DNA of 63,932 bases, filler included, from Octopus bimaculoides (Eukaryota), in NCBI RefSeq assembly GCF_001194135.2. It is 8 parts of 8 records of this genome, joined end to end, with 100 filler letters (N's around TTAATTAATTAA, not from the genome) between each part and the next. Parts side by side here need not be neighbours in the genome. Positions count along the whole stretch, not along the records: positions 46,763 to 54,064 come from NW_026391705.1; positions 54,165 to 59,830 come from NC_068985.1; positions 59,931 to 62,134 come from NW_026360558.1; positions 62,235 to 63,932 come from NW_026372793.1; 4 more parts are not named here. One strand, 5' to 3'. Below the pieces are notes generated by a model. It made no database searches. It worked only from the letters and a program-made list of their open reading frames with translations, and was not told where the DNA came from. A program made the position numbers and the translations under genes. Positions 51,209 to 63,932 of the stretch are shown here, piece after piece (the stretch's first letter is position 1; each line of letters opens with the position of its first letter).

Positions 51209-51310
51209 TATAGCTGCAAAAACATCACAAGGACTGTTACTCAGAGTTTCATGTTCCCATCTGTCAAAACTCTGAGTAACAGTATTCGTGATGTTTTTGC
51301 ACCTTCTATA
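51209..51310. repeat. ~100-bp imperfect hairpin repeat
   Basis: TGCAAAAACATCAC..ACTGTTACTCAGAGTTT / AAACTCTGAGTAACAGT..GTGATGTTTTTGCA. Confidence 0.85.
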
Positions 51311-53646
51311 AAAAAGAAAATAAAATTATGACTCTGCCTTCGGTATTCGAGGACTATTATTGATTTCCAACTTGGTTTGTATTTACATACTCACTCGCAT
51401 GTTTGTATGTATGTATCATGGTGTGTATGTTGATATGTATGTGGCTATGAGTGTACGTTTGTTTGTTTGACAACCGGTCTGGGTTTGTTTACATTCCAAT
51501 AACGTAAGGGTTCGGTAAAAAGACATTTATAGGGTAAGTACCAAGCTTTTAAAACAGAAATACTAAAACAACAAAACTGGGGTTCGTTTCCTCGCAGAAA
51601 AACTTCAAAGTAGTGCCCCAGCATGGCAGCAATGCAATGGTTAAAACTTTATAACGTAAAGTATGTTTATATAGCTGCAAATAAATCTATAATCTGATAG
51701 TATCTCATTATCTTGAATAAACGCCCATTTATTTGGAATGGTGTACGACGTCGGACTGGTCAGCTTCTGAAGGTCTGTTCACATGTGTGTCTGTGCGCCT
51801 GAATGTGAGTGTGTGTGTGTGTATGTGGTGGAGTAGAAAAGGAAACCATAATAACAAAATTATGAAAAGCATTGAAATATGAATAAGCCGTATTTTTCAA
51901 AAGGCTGCATTTCAACGCTAGAAATAAGAGTAAGATATCTAAGCGTTTACACAACGTTGACGATACATGGTAAGCAACTCTTAAATAGCTTTTTATGTAA
52001 GTTGTCTCCCTTTAACTACAGCCTTAAAAAAAGTTTGTGCCATTTTCTTTCAAAATTTTTCCGTTTCAAACGCTTCCGGTTTCGAAAAAATTCTGTTTGC
52101 ACACTTTACTGGATGGCCGTGAAGAAATCATTTGTGCAGGTTGTGGAGCAAAGAAACATACACGCACACACATATACACACACAGAGACAGAAACACATA
52201 CACAGACACTGATACACACACGCAGACACAGACACACACACACACACATACTTGTTTCGACACATCCGTGTCTGCACTCACTCTCTATCGTAATATGGAG
52301 CAATTCTGGTTTATGCATCCCTTATAACCTCTTGTAACTTAACTGTTTTGGGGGGAATTTTCAGAAAATTTTCGCGGATTTCTATTCTGCACATAACAAT
52401 TCATGCGGTTATGGAGAAAAAAAATATTAAGAGGTATTTAGCTGTTTATTTTAGCACATCTCACGACCACCTGATACCTCCTTCGTTCCTTTGTCACTCT
52501 GACGTATTGGAACATTAAAAAAAAAAAAAAATTTGAATAATTACAAAAAAAAAGTGTTTTGTTCCTAATCGTATCAGTTCCCGTGTGTCGGAAACAAATT
52601 CGCAAAAATTCTCAAAACAAAAAAAGGTGCTGAAAGCAGAATTCCGTCCATTATTCCTATGTTCGTTGCATTAATTAATACTAGGTATTATCTGAACGAT
52701 ATTTTGCTACTATAACCAGCNNNNNNNNNNNNNNNNNNNNNNNNNNNNNNNNNNNNNNNNNNNNNNNNNNNNNNNNNNNNNNNNNNNNNNNNNNNNNNNN
52801 NNNNNNNNNNNNNNNNNNNNNNNNNNNNNNNNNNNNNNNNNNNNNNNNNNNNNNNNNNNNNNNNNNNNNNNNNNNNNNNNNNNNNNNNNNNNNNNNNNNN
52901 NNNNNNNNNNNNNNNNNNNNNNNNNNNNNNNNNNNNNNNNNNNNNNNNNNNNNNNNNNNNNNNNNNNNNNNNNNNNNNNNNNNNNNNNNNNNNNNNNNNN
53001 NNNNNNNNNNNNNNNNNNNNNNNNNNNNNNNNNNNNNNNNNNNNNNNNNNNNNNNNNNNNNNNNNNNNNNNNNNNNNNNNNNNNNNNNNNNNNNNNNNNN
53101 NNNNNNNNNNNNNNNNNNNNNNNNNNNNNNNNNNNNNNNNNNNNNNNNNNNNNNNNNNNNNNNNNNNNNNNNNNNNNNNNNNNNNNNNNNNNNNNNNNNN
53201 NNNNNNNNNNNNNNNNNNNNNNNNNNNNNNNNNNNNNNNNNNNNNNNNNNNNNNNNNNNNNNNNNNNNNNNNNNNNNNNNNNNNNNNNNNNNNNNNNNNN
53301 NNNNNNNNNNNNNNNNNNNNNNNNNNNNNNNNNNNNNNNNNNNNNNNNNNNNNNNNNNNNNNNNNNNNNNNNNNNNNNNNNNNNNNNNNNNNNNNNNNNN
53401 NNNNNNNNNNNNNNNNNNNNNNNNNNNNNNNNNNNNNNNNNNNNNNNNNNNNNNNNNNNNNNNNNNNNNNNNNNNNNNNNNNNNNNNNNNNNNNNNNNNN
53501 NNNNNNNNNNNNNNNNNNNNNNNNNNNNNNNNNNNNNNNNNNNNNNNNNNNNNNNNNNNNNNNNNNNNNNNNNNNNNNNNNNNNNNNNNNNNNNNNNNNN
53601 NNNNNNNNNNNNNNNNNNNNNNNNNNNNNNNNNNNNNNNNNNNNNN

Positions 53647-54064
53647 AGGGAGGCCGATCGGACGCACGTACGTTCGAATTCCGCTCGAACGGTGCATAGG
53701 GAGGCCGAACGGACGCACGTATGTTCGAATTCCGCTCGAACGGCGCAGAGGGAAGCCGAACGGATTCACGTACGTTTGAATTCCGCTCGATCGGCGCTGA
53801 AGGAGGCCGAAAGGAGACACGAAAGTTCGAATTCCGCTTGAGCGGCTCAAAGGGAGGCCGAACAGACGCCCGTACGTTCGAATTCCGCTCGAAAGCTGGG
53901 GAGGGAGGCCGAACGGATGCACGTACGTTTGAATTCCGATCGAACGGCGCAGAGGGAGGCCGAACGGACGCGCGTACGTTCGAATTCCAATCGATCGGCT
54001 CAGAAGGAGGCCGAACGAACGCACGTACGTTCGAATTCCGTTCAAACGGTACAGAGGGAGGCCG
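53647..54064. repeat. GC/CpG-rich 51-bp tandem repeat, >8 units, both ends in gaps
   Basis: AGGCCG-like anchor at 53651, 53702, 53753, 53804, 53855, 53906, 53957, 54008, 54059; consensus GGAGGCCGAACGGACGCACGTACGTTCGAATTCCGCTCGAACGGCGCAGAG. Confidence 0.96.
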
Positions 54065-54377
54065 NNNNNNNNNNNNNNNNNNNNNNNNNNNNNNNNNNNN
54101 NNNNNNNNTTAATTAATTAANNNNNNNNNNNNNNNNNNNNNNNNNNNNNNNNNNNNNNNNNNNNTCAATGTTGATGCTGGTGCCCGCTGCTGCTTCTTCA
54201 ACTACTACTACCACTACTACTGCTGCTGCTGCTGCAAACCACCTACCGACTCAACAATGCGCATGTCTCTCTCTACGCGAAGGATCAAAGAACAAGAGTA
54301 ATTTTTCTTTTTTTATCGTAAATGGAAAGAAGTTTTAAAATATTTGGTGACTTGACAGACATTAGATTTTCAGTACC

Positions 54378-54577
54378 GTCGAGCTGGCAGAATCGGTAGC
54401 ACGCCGGGCGAAATGCTTGACGGTATTTCGTCTGCCTCTGAGTTCAAATTCCGCTAAGGTCGATTTTGCTTTTCATCCTTTTGAGATCGATAAATTTAGT
54501 ACCAGTTGAGTATTGGAGGTCGATGTGCGACTGTCTCCTTCCCCTACAAACTTGTGTCTATAGTAGAAAGGATTATT
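54378..54577 (+). mobile_element. Family E SINE
   Basis: CGAGCTGGCAGAATCGGTAGCACGCCGGGCGAAATGCTT...GAGTTCAAATTCCGC. Confidence 0.88.
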
Positions 54578-54681
54578 CTCAGAACCCATTTTACGTAATT
54601 TTAAAAAAATGTTTTTAGTCATGAAATTAAGGGCTTCTTTTCATGCTTGATACATTTTATTGATATTTTTGCCGTCATCTT

Positions 54682-54851
54682 AAGGCGGCGTGCTGGCAGA
54701 AACGTTAGTACGCCGGGTAAAATGCTTAGGTCGACTTTGCCTTTCATCCATTTGGGGTCGATAAATTAAGTACCAGTTGCATACCAGGGTCGTCTAATCG
54801 ACTGGCTTCTCCCCCAATATAACGGGCCTTGTGCCTAGAGTAGAAAAGATT
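54682..54851 (+). mobile_element. Family E SINE with internal deletion and 17-bp TSD
   Basis: ATTTTTGCCGTCATCTT (54665-54681) / ATTTTTGCCGTTATCTT (54852-54868). Confidence 0.88.
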
Positions 54852-54874
54852 ATTTTTGCCGTTATCTTTTAATA

Positions 54875-55237
54875 TTTTTACCTGTTCCACGCATTGGACT
54901 ATGGGTATGCTGGGGACATTGGCTTGAAGGGTTTTAGAGGGACAAATTGACTCAAAACTTATTTCTTTTTAAGTCTGCTATTTAATTTATCGGTCTCTTT
55001 TGCCGAACCGCAAAATTAGTGGGACGTAAACAAACTAAAACTGATTGCCAAGAGGTGGCGAGAAACCACCACACACACACGATCAGTTTCTCTCATTTTC
55101 CGTGTAGAAAATCAACTTGCAAGGCATTTTCCGACACGGAGCTATAGCAGAACACACTTGCCCGAGGTACCATGTAGTGGGATTGAACCCGAAACTAGTG
55201 GTTGAGAAGCAGCCTTCTTACCGTACTGTCATGTGCA
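54875..55237 (-). mobile_element. Diverged family A SINE
   Basis: Reverse-complement similarity to 49950-50370. Confidence 0.75.
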
Positions 55238-55299
55238 TTTTATTGCATATATGTAACGTTATTCTAAAAGTTTAAGAATGTTACCAGTTTACAGTATTT

Positions 55300-55470
55300 T
55301 TCTTTTCTACATCGACTTCAGTGCGTAACTGGTACTTATTTCTTCGACCCCGAAAGGATGAAAGGCAAAGTCTGCCTTGGTGGAATTTGAACTCAGAACG
55401 TAGCGACGAGCGAAATACCGCTAAGCATTTCGTCTATCGAGCTAACGATTCTACCAGCTCGCTGCCTTTT
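55300..55470 (-). mobile_element. Family E SINE
   Basis: Reverse complement of the E consensus. Confidence 0.85.
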
Positions 55471-55574
55471 AGCTTACAATATTTTTATTTGATAGTTTAT
55501 ATATTTTTGTTTTGATTTTTACACATGTTCATTTTTACACGAGCGAAATTGTATTTTATATAAGGTAAAAATCC

Positions 55575-55866
55575 CTTATAGCCACGGAATTGCACCCAGA
55601 AAGTCACCCGCCGAGGTACAAGTCTGGGTACGACTTTGTGGAAGACCCGCAGTCGCCCATGCATACCAGTCTTTGTGGATTACCAGTCTCCCCCTCTCCA
55701 CCGTTGTTAAACCAAACGCCGATACTTGGAACCAGCTTATTGAACTGGAGCAACGAGAGATGAAGTGTTTTGCTCAAGAGCACAAAACACAGCCCGGTCC
55801 GGAAATCGAACTCACTACCTCATGATTGCGAGTTCGACGCTCTAATCACGGAGCCATACGCCTTCA
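55575..55866 (-). mobile_element. Family C SINE
   Basis: Reverse-complement relative of 4655-4990. Confidence 0.78.
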
Positions 55867-56289
55867 CATTTCTATTTCAATGTTTCATATTTGATATACA
55901 ATGTTATGCCTAGTTTGGTGTGAAAATTCTAGACAATATTGTTTATGAATAGAAACTTCAAATTCTTGCAGCCACCAGACTAGTTTACTGGTACCTTGCA
56001 CTGCATAGTATAAATAATCTTGTATTATTGATATAATATACATGTACTAGTGTTTCATTTAATTATCTAAATATATTTCATATTTGTTTAATTAACAGTG
56101 TTTTGACCAAGGTGACTATCCATTTCCCGGAAAAACCAGTAATGAGGAAATGGCTTTGGAATAAAAGGTCTTGGAAACTCGGTGTTGTATGTGTACCAAT
56201 GAAATAGAAAAATGCTGTACCAATTTTGCAAAATCAATGTAGTGCCTGTACAAATGAAATAGAAAATAGTTGTAGCAATATTTATTTTT

Positions 56290-56714
56290 TTATTGCCCAC
56301 AGGGAGCTAAACATAGAGGGGACAAAACAAGGACGGACAAAGGGATTAAGTCGATTACATCGACCTCAGTGCGTAACTGGTACATATTTAATCAACCCCG
56401 AAAGGATGAAAGGCAAAGTCAACCTCGGCTAATTTTGGAAATACCGCAAAATATTTCGCCCGGCGTGCTAACGTTTTTGCCAGTTCGCCGCCCAAAATAT
56501 ATTCTTTTCTACTCTAGGTACAAGGCTCGAAATTTTAGTGGAGGGGGCCAGTCGATTAGCTCGACTCCAGTACGCAACTGGTATTTAATTTATCGACCTT
56601 GAAAGGATGAAAGGCAAAGTCGAACTCGGCGGATTTTGAACTCAGAACGTAACGGCAGACGAAATTCCGCTAAGCATTTCGCCCGGCGTGCTAACGATTT
56701 GCCAGCTCGCCGCC
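56290..56714 (-). mobile_element. Two adjacent family E SINEs (56290-56480, 56482-56714)
   Basis: Two successive reverse-complement E units with different 3' ends. Confidence 0.88.
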
Positions 56715-56805
56715 CTATGAAGTTGTACCAAAACTATAAAATCGATGTGATACCTGTACCAATGAAATAGAAAAATGCTATACCAATAGTATACGTATCT
56801 AGGAA

Positions 56806-57207
56806 GGCGGCGAGCTGGCAGAAACGTTAGCACGCCGGGCGAAATGCTTAGCGATTTTTCATCTGCTGTTACGTTCTGAGTTCAAATTCCGCCGAGGTCG
56901 ACTTTGCCTTTCATCCTTTCGGGGTCGATAAATTAAGTACCAGTTACGCACTGGGGTCGATATAATCGACTTAATCCGTTTGTCTGTCCTTGTTTGTCCC
57001 CTCTGTGTGTAGCCCCTTGTGGGCAGTAAAGAAATAGGCATTACGTTCGTCTTTACATTTTGAGTTCGAATTCCGCCGGGATCGACTTCACCTTTCATCC
57101 TTTTGAGGTTGATAAAATAAGTGCCAGTCGAGCACTGGGGCCGATGTAATCGATTTAGCTCCTCACCCAAAATTGCTGGCCTTGTGTTAAAATTCGAAAC
57201 CAATATC
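56806..57207 (+). mobile_element. Family E SINE dimer (full unit + 5'-truncated unit)
   Basis: Units 56806-57040 and 57041-57207; flanked by ATACGTATCTAGG direct repeat. Confidence 0.88.
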
Positions 57208-57579
57208 ATACGTATCTAGGGTATAAAAAAATAGATGCCTTACTGGAGGTTCACCAAGAAAACATCTGGTCAACAAATCGCAGTCTTTGTAGTCGTAAAA
57301 ATCTGAACGAAAGAAATTAAAGGAAAAAAAACCAAAAAAAACCCGTGCGATATATTTCTGACCAGCAATGTCGACTGAGTATTAATTATTTCTTCCTAGT
57401 AGGAAAGATTAATTACTTATGATACGAGTTGTAAGTCATATGCGGAGTTTTATTTAAAACAATATAAAATTACTAATTTGCTCACCCCATTAGTTTATTT
57501 TGAGCTATTTTATGAAACATCCTCGGACAACTATACATATGTGCATGTGTGTGAGTGTGTATATACCTGTGTGTAAGTA

Positions 57580-57611
<32 letters not shown>

Positions 57612-58139
57612 GAAACCTACCATTAGCATGGCGCCAGTCTGTATAATAACAACACGTCTCTTGATTTATATCTACTATTTATGTATATATAAATAAAGGA
57701 AATGACAATTCCTAAACTTCAAAAAATTGTTGTAAATCCTTTTGATGTGCAAAATATTTAAATAATTCTTATGGTGCCGCTCACGCATCTACTTCATTTC
57801 ATTATTATTTTTTTTACTTGTTTCAGTCATTTGACTTGCGGCCATGCTAGAGCACCGATTTAAGGGGTTTTTAGTCGAGGAAATCGACCTCCAAGATTTA
57901 TTCGATACATAATAACTATTGTCAACTTTTTTCAGTGTCATGTAACAAAGTCTGTTTGAATTCTGAAGAAAGCAGCCAAGTTACTTTGAGGCATTAAAAT
58001 ATTTTGATGTTGAAATAATGAAAAAGCATTATTTTGCATAAACCTGAAATGGAGGTGTCCTGAATAAAATTTTTCATTTTTCGATCTCGTTTTAAAATTA
58101 ATTTTCATTTTGTGCTCTTCTTCAGTCACATACCTTTCA

Positions 58140-58506
58140 TTTTTCTTTTACTTGTTTTAGTCAAATGGATTGCGGCCATTTTGGGGCACAACATCGAAGA
58201 GTTTAGTCGATTAAACTGACCTCATAATGTTTTAAAGCCTGTTTTTTTGTCACCATCTTTTACCCAACCGCTAAGTTATGGGAATGTAAGCAAATCAACA
58301 TTGATTGTCAAGCGATGGTAGTGGTAGTGGAGGCAGAAACACACATATACACACATAGAGATGACGGGATTTCTATAGTTTCCGCCTACTAAACACATGG
58401 TCAGCTCGAGGCTATAGTAAAAGACATCTGACCAAGATGCCACGCAGTAGGGATGAGCCCGGAACCATGTAGATGGGAAGCAATCCTCTTACCACACTGT
58501 CACGCC
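58140..58506 (-). mobile_element. Diverged family A SINE
   Basis: Reverse-complement similarity to 49950-50370. Confidence 0.75.
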
Positions 58507-61500
58507 ATTTTAAAAATGCATTTATTTGCTAATTGATCCAATAATTAGACTTTTTTAAGATTACCCTTTGTCAATCATATTATACATTTTAAAAATCACT
58601 TCATATGTTTTTATCCATTTTAAAGTCTGAAGCACTTTGACATCTGGGGTGCTTTGAAGTCTAGGATTAATTCGGTATTTTACAAGAACAGATTCTTGGA
58701 TTAGCTAAGATAAAAAAAAAAAGGAAAAATGAAAAAGATCCCGACCTTTTCTCTGCATCAATGATGGATAAATTGCAGTCGGCGAGATTTTGGTTTTGAA
58801 CGGAACGCCAACGAAAAATTAAATTGAATTATTTTAGTAGTGCATTCTTGATGATTAACCACTGCCTGCTTTTCGAAGAAGGTCGCCCCATGCCTGCTCT
58901 ATGTCCTTACTCAACTGTACAGAAATAGCAGCTAAATCTTACGCAGATCAGACTTTTATAGTCTTTGACAAAAAGTGAAGGACGTGTTGGGTTATATATT
59001 CCAAGATACACTAGGTATGAAAAGAAGATAGGATGATCATGTCTAGAACACTTGTAATCTTACTTAGGTCAGGTCGGCCAGAATGGATCAAGAATGGGTT
59101 GGGGGTTCCACAGTAACAACAACAACAGTAACAACATCTTCAGTACACATCACAACAATCAATGGTCATCACCAACAATGCTACCGCTAAATTACAGCAA
59201 CAATAATGCGAGTCAATTCCCCCTCTATGTGGTTACTCAGCATGTTCGAAAAAGACGCTGTACCGTCATAAATAAATAACTAAAGGGACACATTAGTTAA
59301 TATAGCTAGAGCTATAAACACGCATAAAGAGCCAGGTTACCAAGACCGGAATAGTTTTTGTTCGATGTCTAATCGCTCAGAATTGAATTACACCTAAATC
59401 CCTACTATAACACAAATAATCAATGATGTGCTAGAAATAGCAGTCAACTCATTCTAAACACATACTCTGAAAATTTTTTAAGGCAGAATAAAAATCCCAA
59501 AACATCTGACGTCGTATAATAACTTTGTAGCTAAGAATAGGTCATTCTTGACCGAAATATCAGCTACATAAACAGTTTATAATAGAAAATGGGTAAAATA
59601 AATTGTAATATAATTCCGTACAGTGTACATTTCTTAAATCATTTCATTTGTGACAACAATACTTCTGAACTATATTCCAAACATTTTATTCTAGCTATAT
59701 ATATATATATACATACATAGACACACATGATTTACACACCCACACACACACACACGATGTATATATGTATATATATATAAATATATATATAAATAAGTAT
59801 CTATATGTGTGAGAATATATATATCTATGTNNNNNNNNNNNNNNNNNNNNNNNNNNNNNNNNNNNNNNNNNNNNTTAATTAATTAANNNNNNNNNNNNNN
59901 NNNNNNNNNNNNNNNNNNNNNNNNNNNNNNTATATACATACATGTATATAAATGGCATACATGTATGTACGTCTGTGTGCCTGTATTAATATTCATGAAT
60001 ATTTTTAAGTTTCTCATTAACATAAACTCAGGTGTGAAGCATTAGAAATATTATTAGAAGCAGAGAGAAATAAGTCATGCACAGCAGGTTGAAACGTCCT
60101 TGAGTCTTTGATATATGTATATTGTAATATACTGTAAAGTAGAATAGTACAACACATTATAGATTATCTTAAATTTGGTACATTCATCACAGCTTGGATT
60201 AGCATATTCTTTATAATACAAGAAATAGAATATATCCAGTGCTATGTTGTATAACGTGTAAATAACCTCGGACGCTTATTTGTGATATCAGTACTACAAT
60301 TGACACTCATCGCATTCTTGCAGGCATTAGCGAACACGTGATGCAGCATTTATACAGCCTTCAGAATAGTCTAACGAGAATCGAACTTGCGATTGTCCAT
60401 TTGCTTGATCATGTACTCTTTTTAATCTGCTTCTATTTTTCAAGCAAAACCAATCCGCACACAACATGACTAAGAATATTTATAATGCAAAAACATGCAA
60501 ATGCAATATATAAATATGCATATATATATATATATATGTGAGGGTGTATGTATGTATATGTACGTATATATATATNNNNNNNNNNNNNNNNNNNNNNNNN
60601 NNNNNNNNNNNNNNNNNNNNNNNNNNNNNNNNNNNNNNNNNNNNNNNNNNNNNNNNNNNNNNNNNNNNNNNNNNNNNNNNNNNNNNNNNNNNNNNNNNNN
60701 NNNNNNNNNNNNNNNNNNNNNNNNNNNNNNNNNNNNNNNNNNNNNNNNNNNNNNNNNNNNNNNNNNNNNNNNNNNNNNNNNNNNNNNNNNNNNNNNNNNN
60801 NNNNNNNNNNNNNNNNNNNNNNNNNNNNNNNNNNNNNNNNNNNNNNNNNNNNNNNNNNNNNNNNNNNNNNNNNNNNNNNNNNNNNNNNNNNNNNNNNNNN
60901 NNNNNNNNNNNNNNNNNNNNNNNNNNNNNNNNNNNNNNNNNNNNNNNNNNNNNNNNNNNNNNNNNNNNNNNNNNNNNNNNNNNNNNNNNNNNNNNNNNNN
61001 NNNNNNNNNNNNNNNNNNNNNNNNNNNNNNNNNNNNNNNNNNNNNNNNNNNNNNNNNNNNNNNNNNNNNNNNNNNNNNNNNNNNNNNNNNNNNNNNNNNN
61101 NNNNNNNNNNNNNNNNNNNNNNNNNNNNNNNNNNNNNNNNNNNNNNNNNNNNNNNNNNNNNNNNNNNNNNNNNNNNNNNNNNNNNNNNNNNNNNNNNNNN
61201 NNNNNNNNNNNNNNNNNNNNNNNNNNNNNNNNNNNNNNNNNNNNNNNNNNNNNNNNNNNNNNNNNNNNNNNNNNNNNNNNNNNNNNNNNNNNNNNNNNNN
61301 NNNNNNNNNNNNNNNNNNNNNNNNNNNNNNNNNNNNNNNNNNNNNNNNNNNNNNNNNNNNNNNNNNNNNNNNNNNNNNNNNNNNNNNNNNNNNNNNNNNN
61401 NNNNNNNNNNNNNNNNNNNNNNNNNNNNNNNNNNNNNNNNNNNNNNNNNNNNNNNNNNNNNNNNNNNNNNNNNNNNNNNNNNNNNNNNNNNNNNNNNNNN

Positions 61501-61553
61501 NNNNNNNNNNNNNNNNNNNNNNNNNNNNNNNNNNNNNNNNNNNNNNNNNNNNN

Positions 61554-61598
<45 letters not shown>

Positions 61599-62234
61599 TG
61601 ATAATAATAAAATCAAAACTTCTAGCGAAAAAAATTCGATAGATGCAGTTTTGAATAACGTTTTTTTTTTTTTGGTATTTTTTTGTGTATCGTGTTTTTT
61701 TTTTGTTTTATTTTGCCAAATAGACTAATAGACTGGAGTAGAAAGTAAAGGCATAAAATGTTTAACCAAAATAGATGCATGAATAGATTGATGGGCTACA
61801 ATCATAAAAACAACAACAGGCACATGAGAAAACAAAAAAATACAAATAATGAGATTAAAAAAAAACCAATATCAAGTCAAATAAATAGAGTATATTTAAA
61901 TTCTTATAAAAAGTTTATTTTAGGTCTTTCAGAAAGAAACGAATGATTCCATTTTTGAATAGTCTGATGGACTGTCTGTCTCTTGGACTCCACAGTGAAG
62001 CGTACAAGCATTATGACGGATAATGATCCTTTATATACTGTTTTATGTATATGTGTATTCTATTCATCTGTTTAAGAATATATATGTGTGTGTATGTGTG
62101 TGCCTTTGTATGTATTTAGGTAGGTATGTAGGTCNNNNNNNNNNNNNNNNNNNNNNNNNNNNNNNNNNNNNNNNNNNNTTAATTAATTAANNNNNNNNNN
62201 NNNNNNNNNNNNNNNNNNNNNNNNNNNNNNNNNN

Positions 62235-62646
62235 GTAAGAAGCTTGCTTCGCAACCACATGGTTCCGAGTTCAGTCCAACAGCGTGGTACTTTGGGCAAG
62301 TATCTTGTACTATAGCGTCAGGCCGACCAAAATCTTGCGAGTCGATTTGGTAGACAGAAACTGAAAGAAGCTTGTCGTATATGCACACATATATATGTGT
62401 GTGTATAGGTGTGTGTGTGTATGTATATATGTATTTGTGTGTCTGTGCTTGTCCCCCCACTATCGCTTGACAAACGATGTTGGTCTGTTTACGTCCCCGT
62501 AACTTCACGGTTCGGAAAAAGAGACCGATAGACTAAGTACTAGGCTTACAAAGAGTAAGTCGTCGGATCGTTTTGTACGACTAGAGGCGGTGCTCCACCA
62601 TGGCCGCAATCAGAATTACTGAAACAAGTAAAAGAATAAAAGAATA
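62235..62646 (+). mobile_element. Family A SINE (5' end in gap)
   Basis: Body and AAAAGAATAAAAGAATA tail match family A. Confidence 0.88.
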
Positions 62647-63263
62647 TACATATGCTTTCTGCCATATTACTTTTCAGCTTACATCGCCAAAGCTATATAT
62701 ATATATATATATATATATNNNNNNNNNNNNNNNNNNNNNNNNNNNNNNNNNNNNNNNNNNNNNNNNNNNNNNNNNNNNNNNNNNNNNNNNNNNNNNNNNN
62801 NNNNNNNNNNNNNNNNNNNNNNNNNNNNNNNNNNNNNNNNNNNNNNNNNNNNNNNNNNNNNNNNNNNNNNNNNNNNNNNNNNNNNNNNNNNNNNNNNNNN
62901 NNNNNNNNNNNNNNNNNNNNNNNNNNNNNNNNNNNNNNNNNNNNNNNNNNNNNNNNNNNNNNNNNNNNNNNNNNNNNNNNNNNNNNNNNNNNNNNNNNNN
63001 NNNNNNNNNNNNNNNNNNNNNNNNNNNNNNNNNNNNNNNNNNNNNNNNNNNNNNNNNNNNNNNNNNNNNNNNNNNNNNNNNNNNNNNNNNNNNNNNNNNN
63101 NNNNNNNNNNNNNNNNNNNNNNNNNNNNNNNNNNNNNNNNNNNNNNNNNNNNNNNNNNNNNNNNNNNNNNNNNNNNNNNNNNNNNNNNNNNNNNNNNNNN
63201 NNNNNNNNNNNNNNNNNNNNNNNNNNNNNNNNNNNNNNNNNNNNNNNNNNNNNNNNNNNNNNN

Positions 63264-63305
<42 letters not shown>

Positions 63306-63932
63306 GGCAGACGGTCATAAATGTAACGTGAGTTGCAAAAATTCGATGTACTGAAATAATCCATGTAAACAGAGGACAGAAATCCGTTCTTTACGTGGTT
63401 AAAATTTATAAAGAATGAACATTTCTTTTGTATGTGGTCTAAGCATGCCGAACGCTTTCTGAAAATCCCTCATTCTCAACGTTGATTCCAAAAATTCTAT
63501 TTTTAACGTTAATCTGAGCCCATTTGTAAAGTTTTTCTTACAAATCTAATGATGTTATATTCATAATATTTCAACTGTTTACGTATATCGTCTGTTTATA
63601 AATTACGGCGTATATAAACAGCAAAATGCACATACGAATCTTTCTCTGTCTTTCCATTGATGAAGTTGTTAAACGTTTATACGTTTCTATGAATGTCTAA
63701 CTGCAGGAAATACGATCTTACACGCGGAAGATAGAAAATATATTATTTATGTCAATATGTAGCTTGATTATATTATTTTCAAGTATATCTTCGTTTTAGC
63801 ACTAATTCCGCATCATTATCTAGTAATCTATCCATCTGTCTATCTATCTGTCTATATGTTATCTATCTATCTATCTATCTATTATCTAACTATCGAGTTA
63901 GCTCACTTTCTCTCTTTCTCTCTCTCTCTCTC

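Noticed and set aside
53647-54064. CRISPR-like array
   Set aside because: Contiguous tandem units with no unique spacers, no cas genes, eukaryotic context.

Overview
Gappy, AT-rich eukaryotic genomic DNA dominated by microsatellites and transposon debris. The repeat families look like Octopus, probably the O. bimaculoides draft assembly (recognition only, not a database result). I found no intact host gene, rRNA, canonical tRNA or CRISPR array; at most three weak exon candidates. Recognisable elements: a decayed 2-kb RTE LINE plus several RTE fragments and tails, a Penelope-like element with a GIY-YIG endonuclease, an R4/Dong-like RT fragment next to an (AAT)n tract, a CR1-like 3' end, two mariner remnants, Tigger- and hAT-type MITEs, a possible non-autonomous Helitron-like element, and many tRNA-derived SINEs (my working labels A-E). 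The most interesting signal is a set of minimal type-I hammerhead-ribozyme-like motifs in short repeats, concentrated at 28-34 kb and 39.5-40 kb. Their core positions 3 and 8 co-vary (C3-G8, U3-A8, G3-C8), and one lies inside a tRNA-headed SINE. A CpG-rich 51-bp tandem repeat between gaps at 53.6-54.1 kb is also unexplained. All structures were folded by eye; none is tested.
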